Shown: positions 16,608 through 25,880 of the stretch, in pieces
Layout: each line of letters begins with the position of its first letter
Numbering within the stretch: the first letter of the stretch is position 1
Source: Sulfurovum sp.
GTDB lineage: Bacteria; Campylobacterota; Campylobacteria; Campylobacterales; Sulfurovaceae
Assembly (NCBI GenBank): GCA_015663065.1
Contig: DQSX01000166.1
Span: 1-35,669, forward strand
Reading direction: 5' to 3'
DNA: 35,669 bases
Translations under genes and position numbers: made by a program
Notes under the pieces: model-generated
The model's database searches: none
What the model saw: the letters and a program-made list of their open reading frames with translations, nothing else
What the model was told of the DNA's origin: nothing

Positions 16608-17900
16608 TTATTGTGTAGTACATACGGAACAAATGTCAAAAGTTCTAAAAATAAACGTTGCATCCTGAATGGTTTTAGAACCGACCATCGCTTTGACCGC
16701 TACACCCTCTTCTTTCTCATTGCCATGGCTTAAATTCCACTGTGTAGGTACGATGATCTCATAATTTTCTATTTTTCCCTCTTTTACCGATGTTTTATGA
16801 ATGAGTGACCCGCGTGCTGCCTCAACTGCTGCTTCACCTTCAAAGTCAACTGCTTCAAGCATTTTTCCAAGTGTACAGGAAGGTTCATCCAGCTGAAGTG
16901 CATTCAAAAGTTTTTTACTCTGTACTAAAAGTGTGGCAACTTCATGTACACGTGCAAAAACTCTTGTAAATATGGAATCTTTGTAACGTTTGTGCAAACT
17001 TTTCACCAAAGGTTCTTTGCCTACGATGGCACGTGCAAGAGGACCTGCTTCGTAAAGTTTTTGTTTGTAGCTGACCGCTTTGGCTGTAGTACCTGTCTGT
17101 ACACTCTCCTCTACATAACGCAACGCTACATTTGACACTTTTGTAGCTTGTGCTTTCCCGGGTTTAGCCAATACAGAATCGCCTAAAACAATAAATCTGT
17201 CATGGCTCTGCCCTGCCTCTGCCATCTCATTTTTATCTATAAGCCACAGTGCCTTTCCAAGGTCTCCTTCCACACTGCCTAAAGAAGAGAGTGAATTCAG
17301 ACTTAAATATTTTTCAAAAGAGAGTCCCGTCAGCATCTCTTCAAAAAAACGAATACATTCATCAATAAGGTTTTCAGCCTGCATGACATCTACATAGCTT
17401 GGATCGCAGGTCACTCCACCGGGAACAGCGTAAGAGGAGTGTGGCCACTGTCCTGAAAAGATGGACATGGCTTTGGTAACAGTAGAAGAGAAATAGGAAG
17501 CTTTCAATGCATAGTTCTGGGTACTGATTTCACCTGTGAGCTTCTCCAGCTGCGGCAGGATCGTCATATAGAACCAGGTCATGTGGTTTTGCATCAGTTC
17601 ACAGGAGAGTGTAAACTCACGTATGGCTTTGGCTTTGGGACTCAATGCTACTTTCAAACCGGCATTTTCATAGCCATTCTCTATGGCTTTGACTGCAGTG
17701 ATCAGGTGGGCATGGTTGCAAATACCGCATACTCGAGGAGTGATCACCAGAGCATCACGTGCATCTCTCCCCTCCAGGATCTCCTCCATACCTCTGTAAA
17801 ATCCAAAGTTTATCTGAACATCTTCAATCTTACCTTCATTAAATGTAAAATCCAATTCAGCTTCACCTTCGATCTTCTCAATAAGTTCTCTAATGATCAT
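16608..17900 (-). CDS. Cytoplasmic [NiFe]-hydrogenase large subunit (group 2d-like, often labelled HupL/HupV)
   Basis: EKIEGEA, PRVCGICNHAH, FDICSVCTTQ-stop (no C-terminal extension); start moved to 17900. Confidence 0.88.
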   Translation of the reverse strand: MIIRELIEKIEGEAELDFTFNEGKIEDVQINFGFYRGMEEILEGRDARDALVITPRVCGICNHAHLITAVKAIENGYENAGLKVALSPKAKAIREFTLSCELMQNHMTWFYMTILPQLEKLTGEISTQNYALKASYFSSTVTKAMSIFSGQWPHSSYAVPGGVTCDPSYVDVMQAENLIDECIRFFEEMLTGLSFEKYLSLNSLSSLGSVEGDLGKALWLIDKNEMAEAGQSHDRFIVLGDSVLAKPGKAQATKVSNVALRYVEESVQTGTTAKAVSYKQKLYEAGPLARAIVGKEPLVKSLHKRYKDSIFTRVFARVHEVATLLVQSKKLLNALQLDEPSCTLGKMLEAVDFEGEAAVEAARGSLIHKTSVKEGKIENYEIIVPTQWNLSHGNEKEEGVAVKAMVGSKTIQDATFIFRTFDICSVCTTQ

Positions 17901-18786
17901 AGGTGATGATCCTCTCTTCAAAACGTTTTATCTTAAAACTTTTGGCAATACCTGTCACTGTCAGATATGCCCGTCTAGGTACACCTAAAGGCATAGTGGC
18001 AGGTATACCCATATTGGTCTTGGTACTGTAGAGTGCTCTTTTAGGGAAAGAGGGTTCTGTACAGCCAAAACAAGGTGTACCTACGATGGTTTTGGAACTT
18101 GTGTCATTCCAAAGGATCTTATTGCAGCTTCCTCTTGTATAGGGTCCCTGACACCCCTGTTCGTAAAAAAGACAACCCTCTTTAAGCCCAAAACCTTTGC
18201 TATCGATCTTCCACTCAAAATACTCATTGCGTGTACAGCCAGTATGTACGGTAATACCATAAAGCTCTTGCGGTCTATGCAGTTCATCTATAGGTATGGG
18301 TTTCTCTTTCAGCAACATCATCAGTACATAAGAGAGCCATTTAGGATGTATGGGACAACCAGGCAGAGAGATGAGTTTTGAAGCATAAGTCTCATAACGC
18401 GCTGTTCTCTCTTCTCCATCAAAAATAAAACCCGAAATATATTCAGGATCGTAGGCTTTGAAGATACCGCCAAAGGTTGCACAGGTCCCTGCTGAAATAA
18501 TATGTTTGGCCCGTTTGGCATAGGCGGTAAAGATCTTTGAGACTTCCACCCTGCCCCGGGTAAAACCCTCTTCTCTGAAAGAGCCTTCCAAAATGAGAAT
18601 GTCACACTCCAGCTTACCTTTGGCTACCTCTTCTATAGTATAAGGTGTTTCAATCACAGGATGATAGACAAATTCAAAGTAGCTAAGCAAGGTAGCGAGA
18701 TCAGGATAATTTAAAAAAGAGTGGGTGTTACCGTTACAGGTGATAGATTGAAGCCAAAGAAGTTTTAACTTTTTTTGACTTGCCAT
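17890..18786 (-). CDS. Cytoplasmic [NiFe]-hydrogenase small subunit (group 2d-like)
   Basis: No Tat signal; CNGN, GTC, PGCP, HTGC, GCLF..GC, PCFGC. Confidence 0.88.
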   Translation of the reverse strand: MASQKKLKLLWLQSITCNGNTHSFLNYPDLATLLSYFEFVYHPVIETPYTIEEVAKGKLECDILILEGSFREEGFTRGRVEVSKIFTAYAKRAKHIISAGTCATFGGIFKAYDPEYISGFIFDGEERTARYETYASKLISLPGCPIHPKWLSYVLMMLLKEKPIPIDELHRPQELYGITVHTGCTRNEYFEWKIDSKGFGLKEGCLFYEQGCQGPYTRGSCNKILWNDTSSKTIVGTPCFGCTEPSFPKRALYSTKTNMGIPATMPLGVPRRAYLTVTGIAKSFKIKRFEERIITYDH

Positions 18787-18789
18787 TGT

Positions 18790-19383
18790 TTAGGCTTTCA
18801 GGGCAGCATAGATATTGAGAGAAATATCATCCGTATACTGTCCGATATCTTTGGTCAGCATCTCTTCTCCTTTGAGAAATACCATACCGCCAAGATAACC
18901 CATAAAGAGCCCGAAAGCAGAAAAGAAATCCTGGTCTCTCAACTCTCCGGAGCTTACCCCGTCATCAAAAAAGATCATAATTTCGGTAACAAAACCAGAC
19001 ACACAGGTCATCCCTTCGCAGCCATCATTGAAGACTTCACGGTTTGCAAGGTAGACACGCAGGAAGTACTCTATGCGTTCAGGATGTCTCTCTGCCATAC
19101 GAAAATAGAGTGCAACGATCTTTCTGATCTTCTCCCGCGCAGAGATCTCAAGCATATTGACTTCCCGTATCTCTTCTCCCAAAACATTCGAAGTATATTT
19201 AATGATCTCTTTTGCCAAAATATCTTTTGATGAAAAATAGTTATAGAGGTTCCCCACAGACATATGAAGTTTTTTGGCAATATCAGGGATGGTCGTTTTA
19301 TGAAAACCTTTGCTGGAAAAAAGTTGCAAAGCAGTCTGGATGATAGATTCGCGCTTTAAAGCTTTTTTTTCTGCTATTTTCAA
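18790..19383 (-). CDS. TetR/AcrR family transcriptional regulator
   Basis: GFHKTTIPDIAKKLHMSVGNLYNYFSSK HTH; TTG start; 3 bp from the next gene. Confidence 0.93.
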   Translation of the reverse strand: MKIAEKKALKRESIIQTALQLFSSKGFHKTTIPDIAKKLHMSVGNLYNYFSSKDILAKEIIKYTSNVLGEEIREVNMLEISAREKIRKIVALYFRMAERHPERIEYFLRVYLANREVFNDGCEGMTCVSGFVTEIMIFFDDGVSSGELRDQDFFSAFGLFMGYLGGMVFLKGEEMLTKDIGQYTDDISLNIYAALKA

Positions 19384-19408
19384 AAGAGACCTCTTATAGA
19401 CATATTAA

Positions 19409-19438
19409 TGGATTATAATTCATTTATTTATTATAACA
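19409..19438 (-). promoter_or_regulatory. Operator TGGATTATAATTCA downstream of an extended -10 (TGtTATAAT) of tetR
   Basis: Operator 19409-19422 with AA/TT flanks; -10 at 19430-19435. Confidence 0.68.
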
Positions 19439-19458
19439 GAGTTTATTAAAAAACTGAA

Positions 19459-19614
19459 TTACCAGTCAATTCCTTCCCTTGGTCCGAAATTTGAGTCATC
19501 AATTTGCTCATACTTACATCCTTCTGGCAAAGTTTTACAGTATTTGCTGTAAAAGAAAGCAGCAACAATGAGCAAACAAGATAAAAAGATAAATATTAGC
19601 AATGGTTTATTCAT
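19459..19614 (-). CDS. Small single-TM protein (51 aa)
   Basis: MNKPLLIFIF... hydrophobic helix then CKTLPEGC; TGcTATAGT box 6 nt before the ATG. Confidence 0.55.
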   Translation of the reverse strand: MNKPLLIFIFLSCLLIVAAFFYSKYCKTLPEGCKYEQIDDSNFGPREGIDW

Positions 19615-19620
19615 ACCATA

Positions 19621-19648
19621 ACTATAGCAAAATATTTTTAGATATAAT
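19621..19648. promoter_or_regulatory. Back-to-back -10 boxes
   Basis: Minus TATAGT at 19621-19626; plus TATAAT at 19643-19648; AAGGAG RBS before 19675. Confidence 0.5.
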
Positions 19649-19674
19649 AATCTCAACATTTACAAGGAGTATGA

Positions 19675-21027
19675 ATGGAAGAGATATTGGCGTATATTGC
19701 ATTGCATAAAATTGAAACATTATTAATAGGGTTTGGGGTCATTGTATTGGCTTTTGTCATTACCCATTGGCAGGAGGTGAAGTTCTGGTGGTTAAACCTG
19801 ACTTACAATTTTCCTGTTATTGGAAAAATCTCCAGACTCTCTAAAGATATAGAAGGCTTTGATGAGAACCATAAATGGTTCTATTCTGAAGAGAGACTCT
19901 GCCGTGACTATTACAACTTTTATGAAAAAGTGGACAAAGACTCTGAGTCCTTTGATGAAGCCAAAGCCTATTTGCATTCGGCAGGAGAGTTGGGACGAAA
20001 ACCAACCCCTACGCTCATTTGGGTCATGATCTTTGTGTTGGTCACTGTAGAAGCCTTCGGTTTTGCTTATGTATTGGCAGGTTTTACCATTCCCGGTGCT
20101 TCTGAAGCAACACAGCAGAAAGGTGCTGTGGGTGTGGCTGCCATGCTTGCCGTTTTACTGGTATGGCTCACACACATGACCGGCCAGGAACTGCATAAAA
20201 ATACACTTATTAAAAAGATCAGACGCTGGTATAAAAATGACAATGCAGGCGGATCGAACTGGAGAGACTTGAAACCCGATGAGCAGCTCATTACCATAGA
20301 CAACACATTTGACGATGAGAAATCACCCAACTACATTCGAATGCTTAACAGGATAGATGTGAACGATAAGGTCAAAGCCACCTATACAAAAACTATTCTG
20401 ACGCTTTTCTTCATTTTTGTGGTAGCCATTGGGGCAACTTACATTAGAGACCAGGTACTCAAACAGGAGATCGCCTCTTCACATGAATCTGCTGTAAACA
20501 TTTTTAACAACGATGCCTCACCGTTTGCAGACACAGATGCAGCTTCAGATGACGATATAGGCGCACTCTTCGGAGATGCTGCGGTTGATAATGCAAAAGA
20601 GGACCTTACTGCTCTCTTTGGCGGAGAAGAAAAAGCTGCAACAGAAACTGGCGCTACGAGCAATTCTTCCATTATAGATGAAACCAACCTCAAAGGCGGG
20701 GAAGCGACCTTTATGATCTTAGGTCTTATGTTCGTCTTTATTCAGATCCTGGGTATCTTCTTCGGTATGCACTGGGATTTTGCAGGACGTGAGTCTAAAG
20801 AAGCTTATGAGTGCCTAAGAGGTTTTTCTACCAAAAGTGCTTTCCTCGGTTTTTATGACAGAGCCAAAACACACATTGCCAGAACAGCACAGAAGCAGTT
20901 GCAGAAGTTACAACATGCCATGAACATCATCAATGACAATTCAGGTACGGATGCAGAAACCACTGCACTGCTTAGAAACAACAAAGACAGAACCTTTAAA
21001 CACTATTTGACATTTGAGGATAAATAG
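19675..21027 (+). CDS. Uncharacterised multi-pass membrane protein
   Basis: 450-aa ORF with RBS, about 5 hydrophobic segments, acidic loop, helical C-terminus. Confidence 0.85.
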   Translation: MEEILAYIALHKIETLLIGFGVIVLAFVITHWQEVKFWWLNLTYNFPVIGKISRLSKDIEGFDENHKWFYSEERLCRDYYNFYEKVDKDSESFDEAKAYLHSAGELGRKPTPTLIWVMIFVLVTVEAFGFAYVLAGFTIPGASEATQQKGAVGVAAMLAVLLVWLTHMTGQELHKNTLIKKIRRWYKNDNAGGSNWRDLKPDEQLITIDNTFDDEKSPNYIRMLNRIDVNDKVKATYTKTILTLFFIFVVAIGATYIRDQVLKQEIASSHESAVNIFNNDASPFADTDAASDDDIGALFGDAAVDNAKEDLTALFGGEEKAATETGATSNSSIIDETNLKGGEATFMILGLMFVFIQILGIFFGMHWDFAGRESKEAYECLRGFSTKSAFLGFYDRAKTHIARTAQKQLQKLQHAMNIINDNSGTDAETTALLRNNKDRTFKHYLTFEDK

Positions 21028-21837
21028 ATGAAGAAGATATTACTGATTTTAGTTACTTTGTCCACCCTGATCTTGGCAAGAAACGATGTACCCAGCTGTT
21101 ATGAAGCACTAAAGATGGATAATCCGGATCAAAACTCTAAAAAAGAGTTGTTCATCCTCATAGACCAAACCACACCCATCGATAAAAACATGATGATCTA
21201 CACCTACAAGAACATGATGAAGTTCATTAAAAACGGCTATGGGGTAAGTATTGTCTCTTTCTCTTCCAATGCAAACGGAAAATATACCGATGTCGCTTAT
21301 TCAGGAAAACTTGAAGCACTGCTTCCTGAAAGTGCCAAACATGACATTGCTAAAAAATCACTACGCAAGTACGAAGGATGTATGAACGGACAATACAAGT
21401 TTGCCAAAAAGAAAGCAACAAAAGCTTTGGTCTCTACCCTTAAAGGCGCCAATAAAAAATTACCCCATTCTGACATCATAAAATCACTAGATGATATTGC
21501 AGCACATATCATTAAACCTTCAACGGCGAAAGAAAAAGTAGTACTGCTGGTCTCAGACATGATAGAACACTCTTCCATCACTACATTCTATTCAAAAGGT
21601 TCACTTAAAAAGGTCAATGCCGAAAAAGAGATGGACAAAGTCAACAAAAGTGACTATGTGGCTAACTTTGATGGGGCGAAAGTCTATGTGATCGGTGCAG
21701 GTATGGTAGGTAAAAATGCTTACAGAGACTCCAAAACACTTAAGTCTCTGACAGATTTCTGGCACAGCTATTTCCAGAAGACCAATGCCAGACTCCAAGC
21801 CATAGGGACACCAATGCTTTTGGAAGATGTCCAATAA
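21028..21837 (+). CDS. Exported vWA-like domain protein
   Basis: Signal peptide; FILIDQT, SDI and LLVSDM resemble MIDAS elements; abuts the upstream stop (TAGATG). Confidence 0.65.
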   Translation: MKKILLILVTLSTLILARNDVPSCYEALKMDNPDQNSKKELFILIDQTTPIDKNMMIYTYKNMMKFIKNGYGVSIVSFSSNANGKYTDVAYSGKLEALLPESAKHDIAKKSLRKYEGCMNGQYKFAKKKATKALVSTLKGANKKLPHSDIIKSLDDIAAHIIKPSTAKEKVVLLVSDMIEHSSITTFYSKGSLKKVNAEKEMDKVNKSDYVANFDGAKVYVIGAGMVGKNAYRDSKTLKSLTDFWHSYFQKTNARLQAIGTPMLLEDVQ

Positions 21838-21865
21838 TATCACAGCCTAAAACAAAGGAGCTGAC

Positions 21866-23062
21866 ATGACAAAACGACCACACAGATTGATCTTTCCTCT
21901 TCTTCTCTCCCTCTCTCTACTACTTGTTTCCTGCGGAGGCGGTGGGGGCACTGTTGCTGATGCCAGCCGCCTCACTGATTCACAAACGTTTTCCAGCAGT
22001 GAAAAAGCTTTTGTGAATGACCTCTTTCATACAGAGTATCTCTGGTTTGATGATGTAGCAGACATTGATTACAATGCCTACGATGCACCGCAGGCACTCA
22101 TCAATGCACTGAGGGTACCAGATGACAAGTGGAGCTTTACCCTCACCCAGGCACAATACGAAGACATGGTCAATCAAAAAACAGCTGGTTTTGGTTTTGG
22201 CTACAAAAGTGATTTTACGATCTATATGGTTCGTATTGATTCTCCTGCCTGGCATGAACTCCAAAGAGGAGACAAGATCCTGGAAATTAACGGTGCAGCA
22301 GTGACAAATGAAACTATTGCAGCGGCAAGTAATAACCTCGGGGTTGCTACAACCTTTAAAGTTCTTAGAGTGGGTGAAGGTGAAAAAGAGATTGTCATCA
22401 CAGCACAGGAATATAGCTTTAAAGTGACACAGGGAAAGGTTATCAACAGCCATATCGGATACTTGCGTTATGACTCTTTTACCTCTACTTCTGTTCCTGA
22501 ATTTGAAGCTGAATTTACAAAATTTAAACATGACAATATCACAGACCTTATCATTGACCTACGCTATAACAGTGGTGGTTCTGTAGACGTAGCAAGTACA
22601 CTGCTTGATAACTTAGTTATAGGCCATGAAGGGGAGAGGCAGGTCTATCTTGACTGGAACGTCAACTATCAAAGTAAAAACTCTACCTATACCTTTGATG
22701 AAGATGAAGCCAATGATCTGGATATGATACGCGTGATCTTCCTAGTGACCAAAAACTCTGCTTCTGCCTCTGAAATGGTCATCTCAGCACTTACTCCTTA
22801 CCTTGGAAAAACAAATGTTGTGACCATTGGTGATACAACACACGGAAAGCCTGTTGGGATGAACGGTAGAACCTATGGATCTCACTTTTACTTTCTTATT
22901 AACTTTTTTGTAAGAAATAACGATGGAGAGACGACAAGTTTAGACGGTATCCCTGTGACCTGTACTGCAGAAGATGACTTAACACATCAACTGGGTGATC
23001 CGGCGGAGAGCATGCTGAAAACTGCAGTGGATTATATTGGCAACAATTACGCATGTCCTTAA
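21866..23062 (+). CDS. S41 family peptidase lipoprotein (PDZ + C-terminal processing protease)
   Basis: LVSC lipobox, GDKILEING PDZ motif, IDLRYNSGG, SASASE, GKPVG. Confidence 0.9.
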   Translation: MTKRPHRLIFPLLLSLSLLLVSCGGGGGTVADASRLTDSQTFSSSEKAFVNDLFHTEYLWFDDVADIDYNAYDAPQALINALRVPDDKWSFTLTQAQYEDMVNQKTAGFGFGYKSDFTIYMVRIDSPAWHELQRGDKILEINGAAVTNETIAAASNNLGVATTFKVLRVGEGEKEIVITAQEYSFKVTQGKVINSHIGYLRYDSFTSTSVPEFEAEFTKFKHDNITDLIIDLRYNSGGSVDVASTLLDNLVIGHEGERQVYLDWNVNYQSKNSTYTFDEDEANDLDMIRVIFLVTKNSASASEMVISALTPYLGKTNVVTIGDTTHGKPVGMNGRTYGSHFYFLINFFVRNNDGETTSLDGIPVTCTAEDDLTHQLGDPAESMLKTAVDYIGNNYACP

Positions 23063-23066
23063 GACG

Positions 23067-23089
23067 CATAGGGATATAATATCCCTATG
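23067..23089 (+). promoter_or_regulatory. Perfect palindrome containing TATAAT and the udg start codon
   Basis: CATAGGGATAT-A-ATATCCCTATG; TATAAT 23075-23080; ATG 23087; no SD. Confidence 0.6.
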
Positions 23090-23749
23090 AAAAACCTCAA
23101 AAATGCCCTACTTCTCAAACAACTTTACCTACTGAAACAGCTCGGCTACAACTACACTTCAGTCAATGCCTTTAAAGAAGAAGAGCCTGACCTTACTTTA
23201 CCAAATACACTTGAAAAGCTTCAGAAACAGGCTCATGAGTGTCATCTTTGTGATTTAAGCAAAAGCCGTACACAGGTTGTTTTTGGCGAAGGAAATACCA
23301 GTGCAACACTGATGTTCGTAGGAGAAGCACCCGGTGCTACTGAAGATTCATCCGGAAAACCTTTTACGGGTAACTCGGGAGAACTGTTGACAAAAATGAT
23401 AGAAAATGTCCTTGAACTTTCCCGTTCCGATGTCTACATTACAAATATGGTCAAATGCAGACCAAGAGACAATGCAGCACCCACACCGGTGGAGGCACAT
23501 ACCTGCCAGCCTTATCTGCTTAAACAAATAGAGCTTATAGAGCCAAAGATCATTGTTGCTTTGGGTGCCACAGCCTATCACTACCTAAGTGGAGATGACA
23601 GTCCCATAGCTAAAATACGCGGTACGGTACATGAAAAAAACGGATATACACTCATCCCTACCTATCATCCTGCTTATCTGCTTAGAAACCCTTCTGCCAA
23701 AAAAGAGGTATTTGAAGATCTAAAGATGATAAAAAGCCTGCTGGCATAG
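23087..23749 (+). CDS. Uracil-DNA glycosylase, family 4
   Basis: CHLC plus two further Cys (Fe-S), GEAPG, KCRP, YHPAYLLR. Confidence 0.92.
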   Translation: MKNLKNALLLKQLYLLKQLGYNYTSVNAFKEEEPDLTLPNTLEKLQKQAHECHLCDLSKSRTQVVFGEGNTSATLMFVGEAPGATEDSSGKPFTGNSGELLTKMIENVLELSRSDVYITNMVKCRPRDNAAPTPVEAHTCQPYLLKQIELIEPKIIVALGATAYHYLSGDDSPIAKIRGTVHEKNGYTLIPTYHPAYLLRNPSAKKEVFEDLKMIKSLLA

Positions 23750-23758
23750 AAAGAGGAC

Positions 23759-25732
23759 TTACTGTCCTGCTTCCTGACAACAGTTTTTGATCTTATCTAC
23801 AATAGATGGATCTTCAAGTGTAGAAGTATCTTGCGTGATCTCTTCACCTTTTGCAAGTGCTCTTAAAATACGTCTCATAATCTTACCGGATCTTGTTTTT
23901 GGAAGATCAGGAACAAAGATCATATCATCACAAAGGGCAATATTTCCGATCTCTTTTTTAATGATCTGATTGATCTCTTTGATCGTCTCAACTTCATCTG
24001 CTATGTCATCTTTATGTGCTACAGGTACTGACTTGAGCACGATATAAGCAAAGATCCCTTCACCTTTGAGCGGGTGAGGTTTACCTACAACGGCAACAGC
24101 AGCGACATTGCTGTGCTTCTTGATGGCTGCTTCAACTTCTGCTGTTCCCATACGGTGTCCTGACACGTTTATGACATCATCTGTACGACCTGTGATCGTG
24201 ATGTAACCATTTTCACCATACACAGCACCGTCCCCTGTAAAGTATACAGCTTTACCATCTTTTACCACATCACCAAAATAAGAGGATTTGTAACGCTCTT
24301 CATCACCCCATACACCGCGGATCTGTGACGGCCAAGGGCGTGTTATACACATAAATCCACTCTCACCCTCTCCAACTTTGTCACCTGTTTCAGGGTCAAG
24401 GATCTCAGCCATGATACCCGGCAATGGCAGTGTTGCACATGCAGGCTTGATCGGTGTGGCACCAGGAAGAGGAGAGACAATGTGTCCCCCTGTCTCTGTT
24501 TGCCAATAGGTATCTACAATGGCACATTTTGAATTTCCAACTTCTTCATAATACCATTTCCATGCAGGAGGATCGATAGGCTCACCCACTGTTCCAAGTA
24601 CTTTTAGAGAAGAAAGGTCATATTTTGCCGGCTCATCTTCACCCATTTTGTGCAGTACGCGTATGGCAGTTGGTGCAGTGTAGAACTGGTTGATCCTATG
24701 CTCTTCTACCATTTTCCAAGGACGTCCTGCATCCGGATAGGTAATTACACCTTCGAACATTACTGTCGTAGCACCCATTGCAAGCGGTCCATACACAATG
24801 TAGGTATGTCCTGTGATCCAACCCACATCGGCTGTACACCAGTACGTATCATTCTCTTTTACATCAAAGACCCATTCCATGGTCATCTGCGCCCATAAAA
24901 TGTATCCTGCAGAGTTGTGCTGTACCCCTTTTGGCTTACCTGTACTTCCGGAAGTATAAAGTAGGAAAAGCGGGTCTTCACTCTCCATAGGTTCTGCTTC
25001 ACATTTACCTGATTTACTCTTAATGAGTTCATTGTATGAGTAGTCACGTCCTGCTTCCCAGGTTACATCTTCACCATTTCTCTCTACCACCAATACTTTT
25101 TTGACCGGTGTCTCCCCTGTTAACGCTGCATCTACCACAGGCTTCAACATATACGGTTTCGTTTTTCTATACGCACCATCTGCGGTAATGACCACTTTTG
25201 CCTCAGCATCTTCAATTCTGTCACGAAGAGCTTCAGAAGAGAACCCGCCAAAGACAATAGAGTGGATCGCACCGATACGTGCACAAGCCAACATTGCATA
25301 CGCAGCTTCAGGGATCATTGGCATATAAATGACTACTCTGTCACCTTTTTTTACATCAAAATCTTCTTTAAGAAGGTTGGCAAACTTGTTTACATTGTAA
25401 AAAAGATCCAGATAGGTAATAACCTGCTTGTCACCTCTGTCACCCTCAAAGATGATGGCCGCTTTGTTTTTACGTGTGTCCAGGTGACGGTCAATACACT
25501 GCTGTGCTACATTGAGTTGACCACCGTCAAACCATTTGACGAACGGTGCATTCGATTCATCAAGTACTGTGTCAAAAGGTTTTAACCAATCAATTTTCTC
25601 ATTGGCATACTCAGCCCAAAAACCTTCATAATCATCCGTAGATTTTTTGACTAAAGCGTGGTACTCATCCATACTTTTAATTCTTGCATCTTTTGCAAAC
25701 TCAGGGTTTGGTTGATAAATATCGTTTAACAT
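23759..25732 (-). CDS. acs: Acetyl-CoA synthetase (AMP-forming)
   Basis: [35 protein letters not shown]. Confidence 0.97.
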   Translation of the reverse strand: MLNDIYQPNPEFAKDARIKSMDEYHALVKKSTDDYEGFWAEYANEKIDWLKPFDTVLDESNAPFVKWFDGGQLNVAQQCIDRHLDTRKNKAAIIFEGDRGDKQVITYLDLFYNVNKFANLLKEDFDVKKGDRVVIYMPMIPEAAYAMLACARIGAIHSIVFGGFSSEALRDRIEDAEAKVVITADGAYRKTKPYMLKPVVDAALTGETPVKKVLVVERNGEDVTWEAGRDYSYNELIKSKSGKCEAEPMESEDPLFLLYTSGSTGKPKGVQHNSAGYILWAQMTMEWVFDVKENDTYWCTADVGWITGHTYIVYGPLAMGATTVMFEGVITYPDAGRPWKMVEEHRINQFYTAPTAIRVLHKMGEDEPAKYDLSSLKVLGTVGEPIDPPAWKWYYEEVGNSKCAIVDTYWQTETGGHIVSPLPGATPIKPACATLPLPGIMAEILDPETGDKVGEGESGFMCITRPWPSQIRGVWGDEERYKSSYFGDVVKDGKAVYFTGDGAVYGENGYITITGRTDDVINVSGHRMGTAEVEAAIKKHSNVAAVAVVGKPHPLKGEGIFAYIVLKSVPVAHKDDIADEVETIKEINQIIKKEIGNIALCDDMIFVPDLPKTRSGKIMRRILRALAKGEEITQDTSTLEDPSIVDKIKNCCQEAGQ

Positions 25733-25767
25733 TTTGTTCCTTTGTATATATGTATATTATTACGTTT

Positions 25768-25836
25768 ATTTTAACATATTGTTTTAGAGAAAGGGAGTAA
25801 ATTCAAACAAGTTTTTTAAATAAGACTAAATTAGTC
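25768..25836 (-). promoter_or_regulatory. acs promoter: extended -10 and upstream palindrome
   Basis: TGtTAAAAT (-10 at 25768-25773); GACTAAATTAGTC at 25824-25836. Confidence 0.45.
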
Positions 25837-25880
25837 CTATTAGTTACAGGCTATGCTATTTACTACCCACAGTACTTGGT

